This document shows, in pieces, positions 19,482 through 29,703 of a stretch of DNA of 64,000 nt. The translations under genes were made by a program, and so were the position numbers. The stretch lies in contig JBNKBE010000012.1 in NCBI GenBank assembly GCA_050287085.1, forward strand, positions 96,001-160,000, read 5' to 3'. The first letter of the stretch is position 1, and each line of letters begins with the position of its first letter. Source of the DNA: Polyangiaceae bacterium (lineage in GTDB: Bacteria; Myxococcota_A; Polyangia; Polyangiales; Polyangiaceae). Under the pieces are notes generated by a model, which ran no database searches, had not been told where the DNA came from, and saw only the letters and a list, made by a program, of their open reading frames with translations.

Positions 19482-22400
19482 TCAATAACTCCAGCTTGCG
19501 TTCAGACTGATAACCCGTCCGCGCAGAAACGCCGCCCGCAGCAAGGTCACGTCATCTTTCGTTTGGGTGAGACGTTGCCGCGGGTTGATCAGATTCTGAG
19601 CCTTGAGCCCAAGACGCCAGCGATCGAGCGCGTACGACGTGACGAAATCCAAGCGATGGAAGGGCTCCTCAACGGCATCCGGAATCCCCTGCGCTCCCGG
19701 CAGCATGATGCGCGGACCGAACACGTTGTACAGTAGCGAAGCGGTGAGCCCCTGGCTGTCGACAGTACCGTCGTACTCCAAGGTCGCGTTCAACACATAG
19801 GGAGATTGCCCCTGTAGCGGCCGTTTGGGATTGGTCGCCACCGCAGAAGCCTCCCCCTCCTTGTCAGTCTGAAGCTCGATTTCCGATTGGATCAGCGCCA
19901 GGTTTCCGCTGCCGGTGAGTCGGCGCCCCCACTCCCCCAAGAAAGCCAACGACTTCCGTGCTTCTAGCTCCACGCCGACGTTGGTTGCGCGCTTTGAGTT
20001 TCGCCAGGTCCAAACCTTGCCTGCGCCGCCCAAGAGCAGGAGCTCAATGGGCCGATTGAAGTCCTTGTAGAACGCGCCAACGCTCACGCTCTCGTCGGGA
20101 GACGGGTACCACTCCCACCGCACGTCGTAGTTGCGAATGAGCGCGCGTTCGAGCTCGGGAGTACCCCGCAGCGTGATTCCGGCCTTCACGTCGACAGCGC
20201 GAGAAAGGGATATTTCTCTAAAATCCGGACGCGACACCGTTACGCCGAAGCCTCCGCGCAGCTGCATGTCCTCTAAAAAGCGCCAGGTTGCGGTCGATGC
20301 GGGGAGCAAGTCCAAGTTGTCGAGACGTGCCGTGGTTCGCACTTCCGGGTTGAATTGGTCGTAGCTCTCGGTGATCTGCAGCGCGCGCTCCACCCGCAGA
20401 CCCGCCATGACGTCCAGGTCGTCAAAGAGCGTGCTTGTCTGCATGATGTAGGCTGCAACAATCGACATTCGCGACTGGTACGTATCAGAACCGCCGCCCA
20501 GCGGATCGGATTGGGTCGCCTCTTCCAAGACAAACCCTTCAGGGTCGATGCGCTCCCGAGACAGTACCTGGTCCGGCAATTGGCTGCGATATCCGAGCCC
20601 GGAGAGCTGGCCCCGCCCACTCGACTTGAATTGAAAGCGGCGCCCCCCCACGTCGCGCGTACGCTCGCTAACCCGTCCGCCCAACGCCGGAGTAAACTTC
20701 CAGACCTCGCCAAACTGAAAAGGCCACTGAAAATCCAGCGCACCCTCCGACATCTTATCCTCGAGGTCCGCAAAGAAGCGCTGCGAAGTTCCCGCATCAG
20801 GTTCGAGAACGTAAACCTGAGCGTTGGTCGACGCCAGATATCGGCGGCGGTCGGGTTGGTCGCGCTCCGCGAGAGAATAGCCTGCGCGCCAACTCAATTT
20901 CGGCGCGCGCGCCACCTCGTCCTTGTCTTCCGCCAACGAGAAGCTGTGTTCACCTGTCAACTGCTGTGTGAAGAGCTGCCGCTCGATCCAATCCAACTGA
21001 TAGGTGCGGAATAGATCGCTCTCCTCGTCAACGCCGTCGAGGCGCAGCGCGGAAAACTCCGACATTCGCAGCACCAAGGTGTTGGCCTCGATTCGCTGGT
21101 TGTTCGCCGGCTCAGCCCCTAGCACCAACATTCCGCCGCTATTGACCTCGTAGCCCGTCTCCTCGATGGCGTAGTTGGCGCCATTATAGATGAGAGCCTC
21201 TCGGTCGTCGTTAGTGGGCAGCACTTCGCGCAAGAACGAGCGCGTCTGCGAAAAGTTGCGCCGATAGAAGGCGCTCGCCATCACCCCCACGGGAAAGCCG
21301 ATGTCGAAACGATCGCCAACACTGACGCCCAGGGAGTGGTTGAACGGGACGGTTTGCCGAAAGAGCTGATAATTCGGCTCAAAGGAATCCCCCAGCGCCT
21401 CCAATTCCTCCGCTGAACCGTCAAACGCCCGAACACTGGGGGTCTGCGCAATGGCTTTGGGCAGCGCGCGAGTGCCGTCATCAAAGCCCAGCCAGTCAGT
21501 GCCGGAACCGCGATAGCTGAGACCGTCGGTCAACGTAGCGACGGAATTGTAGCCAAGCGACGCGTTGATCGTGAACAGGAACTGCTCGGGAATGGAACGC
21601 GTGCGCAGCTGGACTGCGCCGCCCCCGAACTCGCCGGGCATTTCTGGCGAATAGGTCTTCTGAACGACCACACTCTGAAGAATGCTCGACGGAAAGAGGT
21701 CGAGCGGCACGACGCGGCGTTCCGGCTCAGGGCTGGGCAGATTGAGTCCGTTGAGCAACGTGCTCGAATAGCGCTCGCCCATGCCGCGCACATAGACGTA
21801 CTTGCCCCCGACCAGTGTGAGCCCAGTAACCCTCTTGAGCGCTGCAGCGGCCGACGTGTCGCCACTCTTGGCCATCTGTTCCGAGCCAATCACGTCCGCG
21901 ACAGCAGTACTTTCGCGGCGTGTTGCCGTCAGCTCTGCGACACCGCCTTGGATAAACGGAGCGGTGACGACGAAGTCGTCAAGCTGCAAGGACGCCGGAG
22001 ACAGCTTCACGGTGGTACTCACCGTACGATCCTTTGCTACCTCAACCTCATCACTGGTCTGGGTCGAGAATTTCGCGTGCACCACGGACACCGCGCGTTT
22101 ACCCACTGGCACCCGAACTGAAAAGCGCCCGGCTGCATCCGTAATGCCCTCGACGCTGACGCCCCTGACAAAGACCCGAGCGCCCGCGACGGGGGTGTCA
22201 TCTTCATCCGAAAGCACCACGCCCGTTAGCGTGCCAAACTCAACAATCTCTGGCTTCTCGCTCTTCTCAGGTACGGCGGCTTCAGCCGTTGGCCGTTCGG
22301 CAAAGGCCGATTCGACGTCTGGCTGCCCAATCAAGCCACCCGGGCCAACGCGAAAGATGACCGAGGGTACATCCCGTTCGTGAAGCTCCAGTTCGAAGGT

Positions 22401-22763
22401 CGACGTGCCACCGCCCGTTGTCGAAGGCAACTGGATGGTGAAGCGCCGTGCTCCGATGGGCGGCACAAGGCGAAGCGAGCCAAACTCATCCGTGACGGCG
22501 CTTTGCCCCGTATCCGCTGTGACCCTCACCCCCGCGACAATGGCGCCTTCCTCGGGTACGAATACCATCAGAATTTCGCCTAGCGCCCCCGGCTCGGACG
22601 CGACATCGGCTGCATCTGGGGCGTCAGCGCTAGCCGCCACATCTTGAGCACGTGCTGCAAATGCCCAACCTAACGTAAGCCCGAGAGCTGTTGTGAAAGC
22701 TCCTACGCGGTGGACTCGAAGGGCAAGACTATCCCGCCTGCGGCGTTGCACAGTTTCGTTCAT
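19482..22763 (-). CDS. TonB-dependent receptor with N-terminal carboxypeptidase-regulatory-like domains
   Basis: Signal peptide; plug (LKRVTGLT, YVYVRGMGERYS, VPLDLFP); barrel (SRPDFRE, NYDVRWEWYP, LQGQSPY, AQNL); C-terminal SWSY. Confidence 0.95.
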   Translation of the reverse strand: MNETVQRRRRDSLALRVHRVGAFTTALGLTLGWAFAARAQDVAASADAPDAADVASEPGALGEILMVFVPEEGAIVAGVRVTADTGQSAVTDEFGSLRLVPPIGARRFTIQLPSTTGGGTSTFELELHERDVPSVIFRVGPGGLIGQPDVESAFAERPTAEAAVPEKSEKPEIVEFGTLTGVVLSDEDDTPVAGARVFVRGVSVEGITDAAGRFSVRVPVGKRAVSVVHAKFSTQTSDEVEVAKDRTVSTTVKLSPASLQLDDFVVTAPFIQGGVAELTATRRESTAVADVIGSEQMAKSGDTSAAAALKRVTGLTLVGGKYVYVRGMGERYSSTLLNGLNLPSPEPERRVVPLDLFPSSILQSVVVQKTYSPEMPGEFGGGAVQLRTRSIPEQFLFTINASLGYNSVATLTDGLSYRGSGTDWLGFDDGTRALPKAIAQTPSVRAFDGSAEELEALGDSFEPNYQLFRQTVPFNHSLGVSVGDRFDIGFPVGVMASAFYRRNFSQTRSFLREVLPTNDDREALIYNGANYAIEETGYEVNSGGMLVLGAEPANNQRIEANTLVLRMSEFSALRLDGVDEESDLFRTYQLDWIERQLFTQQLTGEHSFSLAEDKDEVARAPKLSWRAGYSLAERDQPDRRRYLASTNAQVYVLEPDAGTSQRFFADLEDKMSEGALDFQWPFQFGEVWKFTPALGGRVSERTRDVGGRRFQFKSSGRGQLSGLGYRSQLPDQVLSRERIDPEGFVLEEATQSDPLGGGSDTYQSRMSIVAAYIMQTSTLFDDLDVMAGLRVERALQITESYDQFNPEVRTTARLDNLDLLPASTATWRFLEDMQLRGGFGVTVSRPDFREISLSRAVDVKAGITLRGTPELERALIRNYDVRWEWYPSPDESVSVGAFYKDFNRPIELLLLGGAGKVWTWRNSKRATNVGVELEARKSLAFLGEWGRRLTGSGNLALIQSEIELQTDKEGEASAVATNPKRPLQGQSPYVLNATLEYDGTVDSQGLTASLLYNVFGPRIMLPGAQGIPDAVEEPFHRLDFVTSYALDRWRLGLKAQNLINPRQRLTQTKDDVTLLRAAFLRGRVISLNASWSY

Positions 22764-22815
22764 GGCTCAAGTCAAGTGCGAGCGACGGCCATAGGCCTTG
22801 CCGCGATTCTGCGTG

Positions 22816-24012
22816 TTAGGGGTTGCACTCCCAGCCGGCTGCCTTGCACGCTGCCATGGCCTTCCGCAGCTGGAGTGCAGCTTCAAAAACTTCAGGACTC
22901 TTGATCGCCTTGAGCTGCTCTTCAGCCTCGGCAAAGCGCTGCGTCTTGTGAAAAGCGTAGGCCAACGCGTAGCGGACATTGTCGTCCGAAAGCAACCCTA
23001 GACGCTTGAGTTTGGGCAACATCGCCGCGACGGATTCGTAGCGCTCCGAGGCCAGCACAAGTGCCAGCCGCTGTTTGGTCTTCGCCTTCTGATCGCTGAC
23101 GCGGGTATTGAGGAACATCGCGCGGTCAACCAAGCCAGCCTGCTTGTACACCTCTGCCGCCTCCAGGGTATACTTGGGGTCTACGCGGGCCGCCGCCTCA
23201 AAGAGCATACCCGCCGTTACCGGGTGCCCCGCGTCCAGATAGGCATGAGCCAACTGCAAGGCCACGCGCTCGCTCTCTGGAAAGCGCAGTCGCGCCCCTT
23301 CCAGGACTAGTTGGGCCTTTGCGTATTGCCCGGCCGCACGCAGCGCCTCGCCAACCGCAACGTAATCGTCCTCTCGGATACCCGAGCGAGCCAAGTAGCT
23401 ATCACTGACGTCGGCCGCGGCCTGATAGAGCCCCATGTCGATGAGATAGAACAGCGCACGTCGATCGAGCTCGGCCGAATCCGCAAAACGCTTGCGACCC
23501 GCATCGAGCATGCTCAGTGCTTGTACCTTCTGGTCGAGCTTCCAATGAGCTTCGGTGCGCAGCAAGTAGATGGCCGCGCTCTTTTCTGCCTCTGCTCCAG
23601 CGCGGGCAAACGCCGCTAGCGCCTGCTCGTATTCCTCAAGTCGGAAGTGCGCCTGACCCAAGTAGAGAAAGACATCCTTCTTTTGGGTGCCCAGCTTGAT
23701 CGTCTGCTGCAGATCGTCTCGCGCCTGCTTTGCGTTGCCCTGCTGCAGATGCGATATGCCTCGCAACAAGTAGAACCGCTTCTTGTCCGTAGCTGAGTCG
23801 TTCAAATCGGCGTCAGCGAGAACCCTAAGAGCGCGATCGAAGTGCTGTCCGGCGACCATGCGTGCTGCGAGGTCGACGTAGTCTATCTTCGGGCCGTCGT
23901 CAGCCTGCGTCTTGCTTTCCTCCGCCGCCAACGCGGAAGCAGCCATAGGTCCCATCGACAACGCCAAGAAGAGCAGCCATCGGTGACTTCCAGATATGCG
24001 AAAACGCTTCAT
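22816..24012 (-). CDS. Periplasmic TPR protein (TtpD-like)
   Basis: Signal peptide and multiple TPR repeats; immediately after tonB. Confidence 0.8.
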   Translation of the reverse strand: MKRFRISGSHRWLLFLALSMGPMAASALAAEESKTQADDGPKIDYVDLAARMVAGQHFDRALRVLADADLNDSATDKKRFYLLRGISHLQQGNAKQARDDLQQTIKLGTQKKDVFLYLGQAHFRLEEYEQALAAFARAGAEAEKSAAIYLLRTEAHWKLDQKVQALSMLDAGRKRFADSAELDRRALFYLIDMGLYQAAADVSDSYLARSGIREDDYVAVGEALRAAGQYAKAQLVLEGARLRFPESERVALQLAHAYLDAGHPVTAGMLFEAAARVDPKYTLEAAEVYKQAGLVDRAMFLNTRVSDQKAKTKQRLALVLASERYESVAAMLPKLKRLGLLSDDNVRYALAYAFHKTQRFAEAEEQLKAIKSPEVFEAALQLRKAMAACKAAGWECNP

Positions 24013-24017
24013 CACTC

Positions 24018-24668
24018 TTAACTCTTCTGCAACTTGAAGACGATCTTCTGCTTCATCCACGTGGTTTGCGCTTGATTCTGGTACTGCGCAGGTTGGAATT
24101 CCCACTCGGATAGCGCTTGCTTTGCTGCGTCGTCGAAGGTCCCCTTCGGGCTTGCGTCCAACACCTTCATCCGGCCTACACGCCCGTCTGCCATCACCTC
24201 GAAGTTGATGAGCACGTAGCCTTCAACCCCACGCTTGCGCGCTTCCGCGGGATAGGCCGCCCGAACACGCCTCAGGGCTTTGGCGGGTTCGTCCACAGCG
24301 TCGGCGGTCATCGCGCCGTCCTTGGAAAAGGTGCCCACGACGTCGGCGGAAACGGCGCCAAGACTCAAACCCTCGAGCCCCCCCATACTGAAGCTCGCTC
24401 CAGAGATATTGGCAGCAAGGTTGGGGGCTCGAGCTGCCGGCGTTGTTCTGGGCTTCGCTTTCGGCTTCGGACGGGGCTTCTGCCTCTGCTTCTTCTTTGG
24501 CGGCTTCTTCTGCTCGACTTTGAACTCGACCGCCTGCAGACCCTTTTCCTTTTCCGGCGGCGGGCGGTCCTTGTTCATTACAAACACAACAAGGAAGACA
24601 CCCAGCGCACCAGCCCCCATCGTGAGGGTTGCAATCAAGTGCTGCACAAGGGTCCGAGAGCGATGCAT
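24018..24668 (-). CDS. tonB: Energy transducer TonB
   Basis: N-terminal TM helix, Lys/Pro-rich linker, YPAEARKRGVEGYV...DGRV...FDDAA...WEFQPA TonB_C domain. Confidence 0.93.
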   Translation of the reverse strand: MHRSRTLVQHLIATLTMGAGALGVFLVVFVMNKDRPPPEKEKGLQAVEFKVEQKKPPKKKQRQKPRPKPKAKPRTTPAARAPNLAANISGASFSMGGLEGLSLGAVSADVVGTFSKDGAMTADAVDEPAKALRRVRAAYPAEARKRGVEGYVLINFEVMADGRVGRMKVLDASPKGTFDDAAKQALSEWEFQPAQYQNQAQTTWMKQKIVFKLQKS

Positions 24669-24671
24669 GGC

Positions 24672-25079
24672 TCAACCCCCCGCTTCTAGCTCGGTTGCGA
24701 CTCCAACATTGGTCGCCCCACCCAGTCGGCACTGATCGACAACCTCGATCAGCTTCTCCGCAGGAACGCGTCGGTCGGTGATGACAAGAATGGTCTTCGA
24801 GTCACTGCCTTCTAGCGCCTCGCGCACTCGACTCTGAACCATCCATGCCCTCACGGGGTTCCCGTTGACATAGATGTTGGACGACGAGTCAATATTGACG
24901 CGCAGGCTCTTGCTCGAAGCGCGAGACGCGCTTGCCGCCGCCGGACGCTCCAGATCGAGCTTCATGTCTTTGACGAAGGTCGTAGAAACCATGAAGAAGA
25001 TGAGGAGGATGAAGACGCAATCGATCAACGGTGAGATGTCGATCTCCGATGTACTCTGCTCTTTGACTCGCCTCTTCAT
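24672..25079 (-). CDS. exbD: Biopolymer transporter ExbD
   Basis: IDISPLIDCVFILLIFFMV motif. Confidence 0.94.
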   Translation of the reverse strand: MKRRVKEQSTSEIDISPLIDCVFILLIFFMVSTTFVKDMKLDLERPAAASASRASSKSLRVNIDSSSNIYVNGNPVRAWMVQSRVREALEGSDSKTILVITDRRVPAEKLIEVVDQCRLGGATNVGVATELEAGG

Positions 25080-25720
25080 GCGGCCACCTTCTCTTTCTCG
25101 CCCATAGCGCTACCGCCGCCGCAAAGCATCTCTTTGAGTTGCTGCAACTCACTTCGGCGGCGCCGCTCCTGCTTATCCAAGACCCGCCCGACTACGATCC
25201 CGGGCACGGCGACCGCAAGTCCCATCTGCGTGGTAAAAAGCGCTTGTGAGATCCCGCCTGCGATACCACCGCTCTGGGAGAACAAGGCCATATCGGCAAG
25301 GGAGTCGAAGGTCTCAATCATGCCGATGACCGTACCCAAGAGGCCCGCCAGCGGCGCTGTCGAAACAATGCTCTTGATGATGACCTTGCACCGCATCAGG
25401 GGAGTATCAAAAGCGGTGAAGGCGTCATCTAGAACCGGCCGCAACCCAGCCTGACCGTACCGCTCACGGAGTTCGAGCCCCCAAACGACGGCAGTGTCGA
25501 TCAGCCCGGTTGGCTGGCGCTCATAGCCGGACATGTATCGCGAGACCAAAACGCGGGCGCTGCGTCGGTTACCGCGCCGCAAATACTGAAAGCGCAGACC
25601 GAGACAATACCAGAGTACAAGAGTCCCGATCGCCAGCGGCGGCATGACGAATCCGCCCGCCTCGAAGTACTCGAGCAAAGCGCTCGGAAAGGCTTGGAGC
25701 TCGGAAATGATGCCCGCCAT
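25076..25720 (-). CDS. exbB: MotA/TolQ/ExbB proton channel
   Basis: APLAGLLGTVIGMIETF and GGISQALFTTQMGL motifs. Confidence 0.92.
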   Translation of the reverse strand: MAGIISELQAFPSALLEYFEAGGFVMPPLAIGTLVLWYCLGLRFQYLRRGNRRSARVLVSRYMSGYERQPTGLIDTAVVWGLELRERYGQAGLRPVLDDAFTAFDTPLMRCKVIIKSIVSTAPLAGLLGTVIGMIETFDSLADMALFSQSGGIAGGISQALFTTQMGLAVAVPGIVVGRVLDKQERRRRSELQQLKEMLCGGGSAMGEKEKVAA

Positions 25721-25723
25721 GTC

Positions 25724-27178
25724 CTACTCCGCGGCGGGTGAGGGCTCTGGGTCGACGGAAGGTCGACGGATTTCAGTCGGTGGCGTGGAAACACGAATGC
25801 CGTTGGCGATATTGATAACGCGTAGCGCCGCCTTGTCGATCGTGTCCTTGATGCTTTCTGCCCACGCAGAAAGCATATTGCCGAGAACCAACGACGGAAT
25901 CGCCACGATCAGGCCCAGCTCGGTCGTGATGAGGGCAATCGCGATGCCACCCGAAAGCAGCTTGGGGTTTCCCGTACCGAACTCCGTAATGATGTCAAAG
26001 GTCGCGATCATGCCGGTTACCGTGCCAAGCAAACCGAGAAGCGGCGCTACGGCAGCAATCACCACGATCTGCGTTCCAAAGCGTTCAAGGGTCGGCTGCT
26101 CATGCAAGATGGCTTCTTGCACGATATCTTCCAGCTCCTGACGATCGCGATGGATGTTGCGCAGAGTGGCCACCAACACCCGACCACCCGCACTCTTGGT
26201 TTCATCGCAAATGCGACGCGCCTCATCGAATTTTTGGTCCGCAACGAGGGGAGAAATGCGGTCGAGTAGACGATTTGTGTTCGCCGCCGCACGCCAGAGA
26301 AAGAGCGCTCGGAGCAACGCCATCACAACCGCAAGGGCTCCGATCGCAACGATCACCCACCCGATTACGCCACCGTCTTGCACCACTTCGATGGGCGACT
26401 TCTCGTGTTTCGGCTCAACCCCCTTGTCGAGCGATTCGTACAGAAAGGTGCGTAGCACAGCGGGCTGCCCGCCACTGAGAAGCGTCTCAACAATGCTCTT
26501 CGCCTCAGCGGCGGGCCATATCTTGAGGCTGCCGCCGCCCGCGGGGGCAAGCGCTCCGCTCGCGTTTTCGGCAGCGCCGTAGGCAGCGATTTGGCCGAGT
26601 CGAATTATCCGACCTTGAACCTGTTGTCCGGAAGCATTGAAGAACTTGCCGGGCTCCTCTCGGACTCGACCGAAACGGGACAAGAGCGAAAGTCCTTGGG
26701 TAAACGCGAAACGGACCCGATCGATCTCGGCTCGCCGCTTGGTCGCATCATCGACCCCGTCTCCGCTAGGCGCCTCGGGCAGCTTGATGTCGCCCTTCTC
26801 GAGAGCCGCGTCCGCTTGCGTGAGCAGGCTATCGACCTGGTCATCACCTTCGCTCGCCGCCTCCGCCTGCCGCTCAACGTCGGCTAACATTTCATTGAGC
26901 GACTCAGCTTGCATCGAGAGCGAAAGCACTGAGCCTTGCAGTCGATCCACCTCCGCAGTAGCAGCGCCGATCTTCGCCTGACTATCGGTCTCGACTTGCG
27001 TCAAACGTCCCTTGAGAGAGTCACGCTCAGCTATCAGGAACGACAATTCCCGACGATAGGCGTCCATAACGTCCGCTCGCGCGTGACGCGGTGCCAGCGC
27101 TAGCAGGCAGCATATCGCCGCCGACAACAGAAACCATCCGCGAGCGAAGTGCGGGCGGGAAGGGCATCGCGGGATCAT
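25724..27178 (-). CDS. Extended ExbB-family protein with periplasmic coiled coil (TtpC-like)
   Basis: Signal peptide, coiled coil, then APLLGLLGTVTGMIATF and GGIAIALITTELGL motifs. Confidence 0.9.
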   Translation of the reverse strand: MIPRCPSRPHFARGWFLLSAAICCLLALAPRHARADVMDAYRRELSFLIAERDSLKGRLTQVETDSQAKIGAATAEVDRLQGSVLSLSMQAESLNEMLADVERQAEAASEGDDQVDSLLTQADAALEKGDIKLPEAPSGDGVDDATKRRAEIDRVRFAFTQGLSLLSRFGRVREEPGKFFNASGQQVQGRIIRLGQIAAYGAAENASGALAPAGGGSLKIWPAAEAKSIVETLLSGGQPAVLRTFLYESLDKGVEPKHEKSPIEVVQDGGVIGWVIVAIGALAVVMALLRALFLWRAAANTNRLLDRISPLVADQKFDEARRICDETKSAGGRVLVATLRNIHRDRQELEDIVQEAILHEQPTLERFGTQIVVIAAVAPLLGLLGTVTGMIATFDIITEFGTGNPKLLSGGIAIALITTELGLIVAIPSLVLGNMLSAWAESIKDTIDKAALRVINIANGIRVSTPPTEIRRPSVDPEPSPAAE

Positions 27179-27978
27179 TTTGATACCTCTACTGAACTGG
27201 TTAGTGCGCCCGGCAATTCGAAGTAGCCAACGCGGATCTGCTTCTTGAAGCTGGAGAAGAGCTCGTTGACCTGCTTGACTTCGGTCGGACCGCTAAAGGG
27301 CACATAGCTCCAAGCATCCCCGCTGCGGACCGCCCGCCCCACGCTTCCGTCAGCGCCCTGGTAGTAAAGCATGACCATGCCGATCCGAATCACGTCGGCG
27401 AGCTGCTCCTGCCCGTCCACGTTGATGGTCTGACGAAACAGCCCGTTCTCGCGAGACATGCGGAACTCGTCCTCCATCACGCCCCATAGACGAAGCAGCG
27501 CGGTGGAAGGATTCACCAAGCCGGCCTTGTATTGGTCTTCCAGCTTGGTCACGGAACCTAGACGCTCACTCGTACGAAAGGGGAGGCTGGCCGAGATGTA
27601 TGACTTCACCTGTTCAGCGCTTTCCCTGAATAGGGGAACCAGCTCGTTCCCCCTCTCTTTCTCCGCCGCGATCTCTCTGCGTCGCTTTTCGATGTGCGCA
27701 CTCACCTTGGAGAGACGTCCCTGCTCACGCTTTTGCTCGAGCTCGAGGTCCGCTTTTTGGCGCGCCAATGAGCGAAGGCGATCGCTCGTTTCAGTGCTCT
27801 TTGCGCTGAGCTGTGAAGTCAAACTCTCCACTTCTGCACGCAGCTTGCTGAGTTGCTGCGCGAGGGCCTTGACGTCCTCGGCCAACGCAGGCGATGCGAT
27901 CGCTACGGCACCGAGAAGGCCCACGCAGGCCAACCAGCGGCGCGGCTTGCGGGAGTTGAGAGGGGCGGTAAAAGTCAT
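27175..27978 (-). CDS. DUF3450-like periplasmic protein (TtpB-like)
   Basis: Signal peptide, coiled coil, LPFRTSER and IRIGMVMLYY motifs; position at the head of the TonB2-type cluster. Confidence 0.8.
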   Translation of the reverse strand: MTFTAPLNSRKPRRWLACVGLLGAVAIASPALAEDVKALAQQLSKLRAEVESLTSQLSAKSTETSDRLRSLARQKADLELEQKREQGRLSKVSAHIEKRRREIAAEKERGNELVPLFRESAEQVKSYISASLPFRTSERLGSVTKLEDQYKAGLVNPSTALLRLWGVMEDEFRMSRENGLFRQTINVDGQEQLADVIRIGMVMLYYQGADGSVGRAVRSGDAWSYVPFSGPTEVKQVNELFSSFKKQIRVGYFELPGALTSSVEVSK

Positions 27979-28000
27979 CTGTCTATCAGCCTTCTAGAGA

Positions 28001-28034
28001 TACAAACAGGGGGCCGGGCAATACGCCCGACCCC
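28001..28034 (-). terminator. Intra-operon hairpin (terminator or attenuator)
   Basis: Minus strand GGGGTCGGGC-GTATT-GCCCGGCCCC (one U-G pair) followed by CTGTTTGTA. Confidence 0.55.
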
Positions 28035-28167
28035 TTCTGAAACTGGCGAAGTTCGCCAGCTGCTCGCCACGGTCATCCGGCGCGCGCCAAGCCTCACAGA
28101 GGAGAAGCGGCGCGCGATGTATCACCCACGAGCAGTAGAGTCACCCCTCTTGAGGTGACAGTTCTAC

Positions 28168-29703
28168 CTACTCTTGCTCGTCAGTGGTCCACCCGGCAGC
28201 CCAGTTGTCGCCTTCGCCAAATGCACCCGCGTAGTCGACGTCTTCGAGCCCGTCGGCCTCGACCTTGCCAACACCGAGCAGATCGGAATCCTTCGCGGGT
28301 ACGAGGTATCCGTACAACTCGTCGCTCTGCTCGTCGAGTCCGAGGTCATCATAGCCGCCATCTTCGATCAGCGTGTTGTTGCTGTCTTTGGCTTCAAACG
28401 CGTCCTGGCTCTTCTCTAGCCAGTCACCTTCGGGGTAGATGGCGTCCTTAGCGCAAGCGATGAAACTATTGTTGATGGTGGCCTCGGTCTCCTCGTCCTG
28501 AACCAGCAGGCACGGCCCGCCGCTGTCAGCAACTACCGAGTTCCAGATCTCGGCGTGCGTGCCTCGGCGCAACTGAATTCCCTCGCCGGTCTTTGCGCTA
28601 CCGATGATGGTGATGTTAGCGAGCACGGGAGCGGAAACCGGCGTCGCGTCGTGGGCGCCTTCGAGGTTGTCGCCCTCGATACCGTTGTCCCCAGCGTAGT
28701 CTTCAGCCTTTCGGTACTGATCGATAGCTACGAACTGAGCCGAGCCGGTCCAACCGCTCGTCCAATCCAGACTGTCGTCGCCTTCGCCGCTGAGGACGAG
28801 ATGGCTTACGCTGACGGTACCGCCAAAGAACTCTACGCCGTCGTCGGAGTTGTGGTGAACCTGCACGTAGTCGATGACTGTTCCGGAGCCGACACCCTGG
28901 AAGGCAATGCCGTTCAGCTCCTCGGTGTCAGATGCGAGGTTGCCAGCGAACTCAACACGTACGTACTTGAGCACGCCGCTGCTGTCGTCGGCTTCGTCGC
29001 CGCCATATAGCCCACTGGCTACTTCACCTTCCGCATCACCGTCGGTTGCGTTCTGAGGGGCACGACCGTTGAGCACCAGACCGCCCCACTGACCGGCTAC
29101 GCGAATGCCGTCACTATCGCCCTTCGAAGTGAAGACGATCGGCTCTTTCGCCGTGCCTTCCGCCATGATCTTGGAGCCACGACGAACAACAACAGCGGAG
29201 CCGTTGCCGCCGTAGATCGTCACGCCAGGATTGATGGTGAAAACGGTCTCGTCCTTATCATTGCCAACCCAGAAGTACTGACCCGTCTTGAGCTCGTAGC
29301 GGACGCCGTCACACGCCATCAGTTCCAGGTCCTTGGTCATCCCCTTGGACGTAGTGCTGAGCTCACATACATCATCGCTGCCGCAGTCGACGTTCGGGTG
29401 GTCCTTCAGAGCCTGAAGGTAAGCTTCGCAGTCGTCAGCCGGCTTGTCATTGCTCATGCCGGCATCCGACATGTCGTTGTCGGCAGGCTTGTCGTCGGTC
29501 TTGCCAGCGTCAGCCTTGTCGGTAGGCATGTCGTCGTCGGTAGTCATGTCACCGTCGGCAGGCTTGTCGTTGGTCTTGCCAGCGTCAGCCTTGTCGGCGT
29601 CACCAGTCTTGTCGCTCTTGTCGTCCGAGTTGCCGCAAGCAACAAGCGCCGGGGCACCAAGAGCAATAAGGGTTGTAAGAATTGTAAGATGAAGTCTCTT
29701 CAT
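28168..29703 (-). CDS. Acidic lipoprotein with parallel beta-helix-type domain, of the kind encoded beside TonB-dependent receptors
   Basis: Lipobox LVAC; AEGTAKEPIVFTS, GQWGGLVLNGRAP, SSGVLKYVRVEFAG, DDGVEFFGG and DDSLDW repeats; start MKRLH at 29703. Confidence 0.85.
   Translation of the reverse strand: MKRLHLTILTTLIALGAPALVACGNSDDKSDKTGDADKADAGKTNDKPADGDMTTDDDMPTDKADAGKTDDKPADNDMSDAGMSNDKPADDCEAYLQALKDHPNVDCGSDDVCELSTTSKGMTKDLELMACDGVRYELKTGQYFWVGNDKDETVFTINPGVTIYGGNGSAVVVRRGSKIMAEGTAKEPIVFTSKGDSDGIRVAGQWGGLVLNGRAPQNATDGDAEGEVASGLYGGDEADDSSGVLKYVRVEFAGNLASDTEELNGIAFQGVGSGTVIDYVQVHHNSDDGVEFFGGTVSVSHLVLSGEGDDSLDWTSGWTGSAQFVAIDQYRKAEDYAGDNGIEGDNLEGAHDATPVSAPVLANITIIGSAKTGEGIQLRRGTHAEIWNSVVADSGGPCLLVQDEETEATINNSFIACAKDAIYPEGDWLEKSQDAFEAKDSNNTLIEDGGYDDLGLDEQSDELYGYLVPAKDSDLLGVGKVEADGLEDVDYAGAFGEGDNWAAGWTTDEQE
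29479..29597. repeat. 44-bp direct repeat (one mismatch, 75-bp period) inside the lipoprotein linker
   Basis: Copies at 29479-29522 and 29554-29597, encoding DKADAGKT(N/D)DKPAD. Confidence 0.9.
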
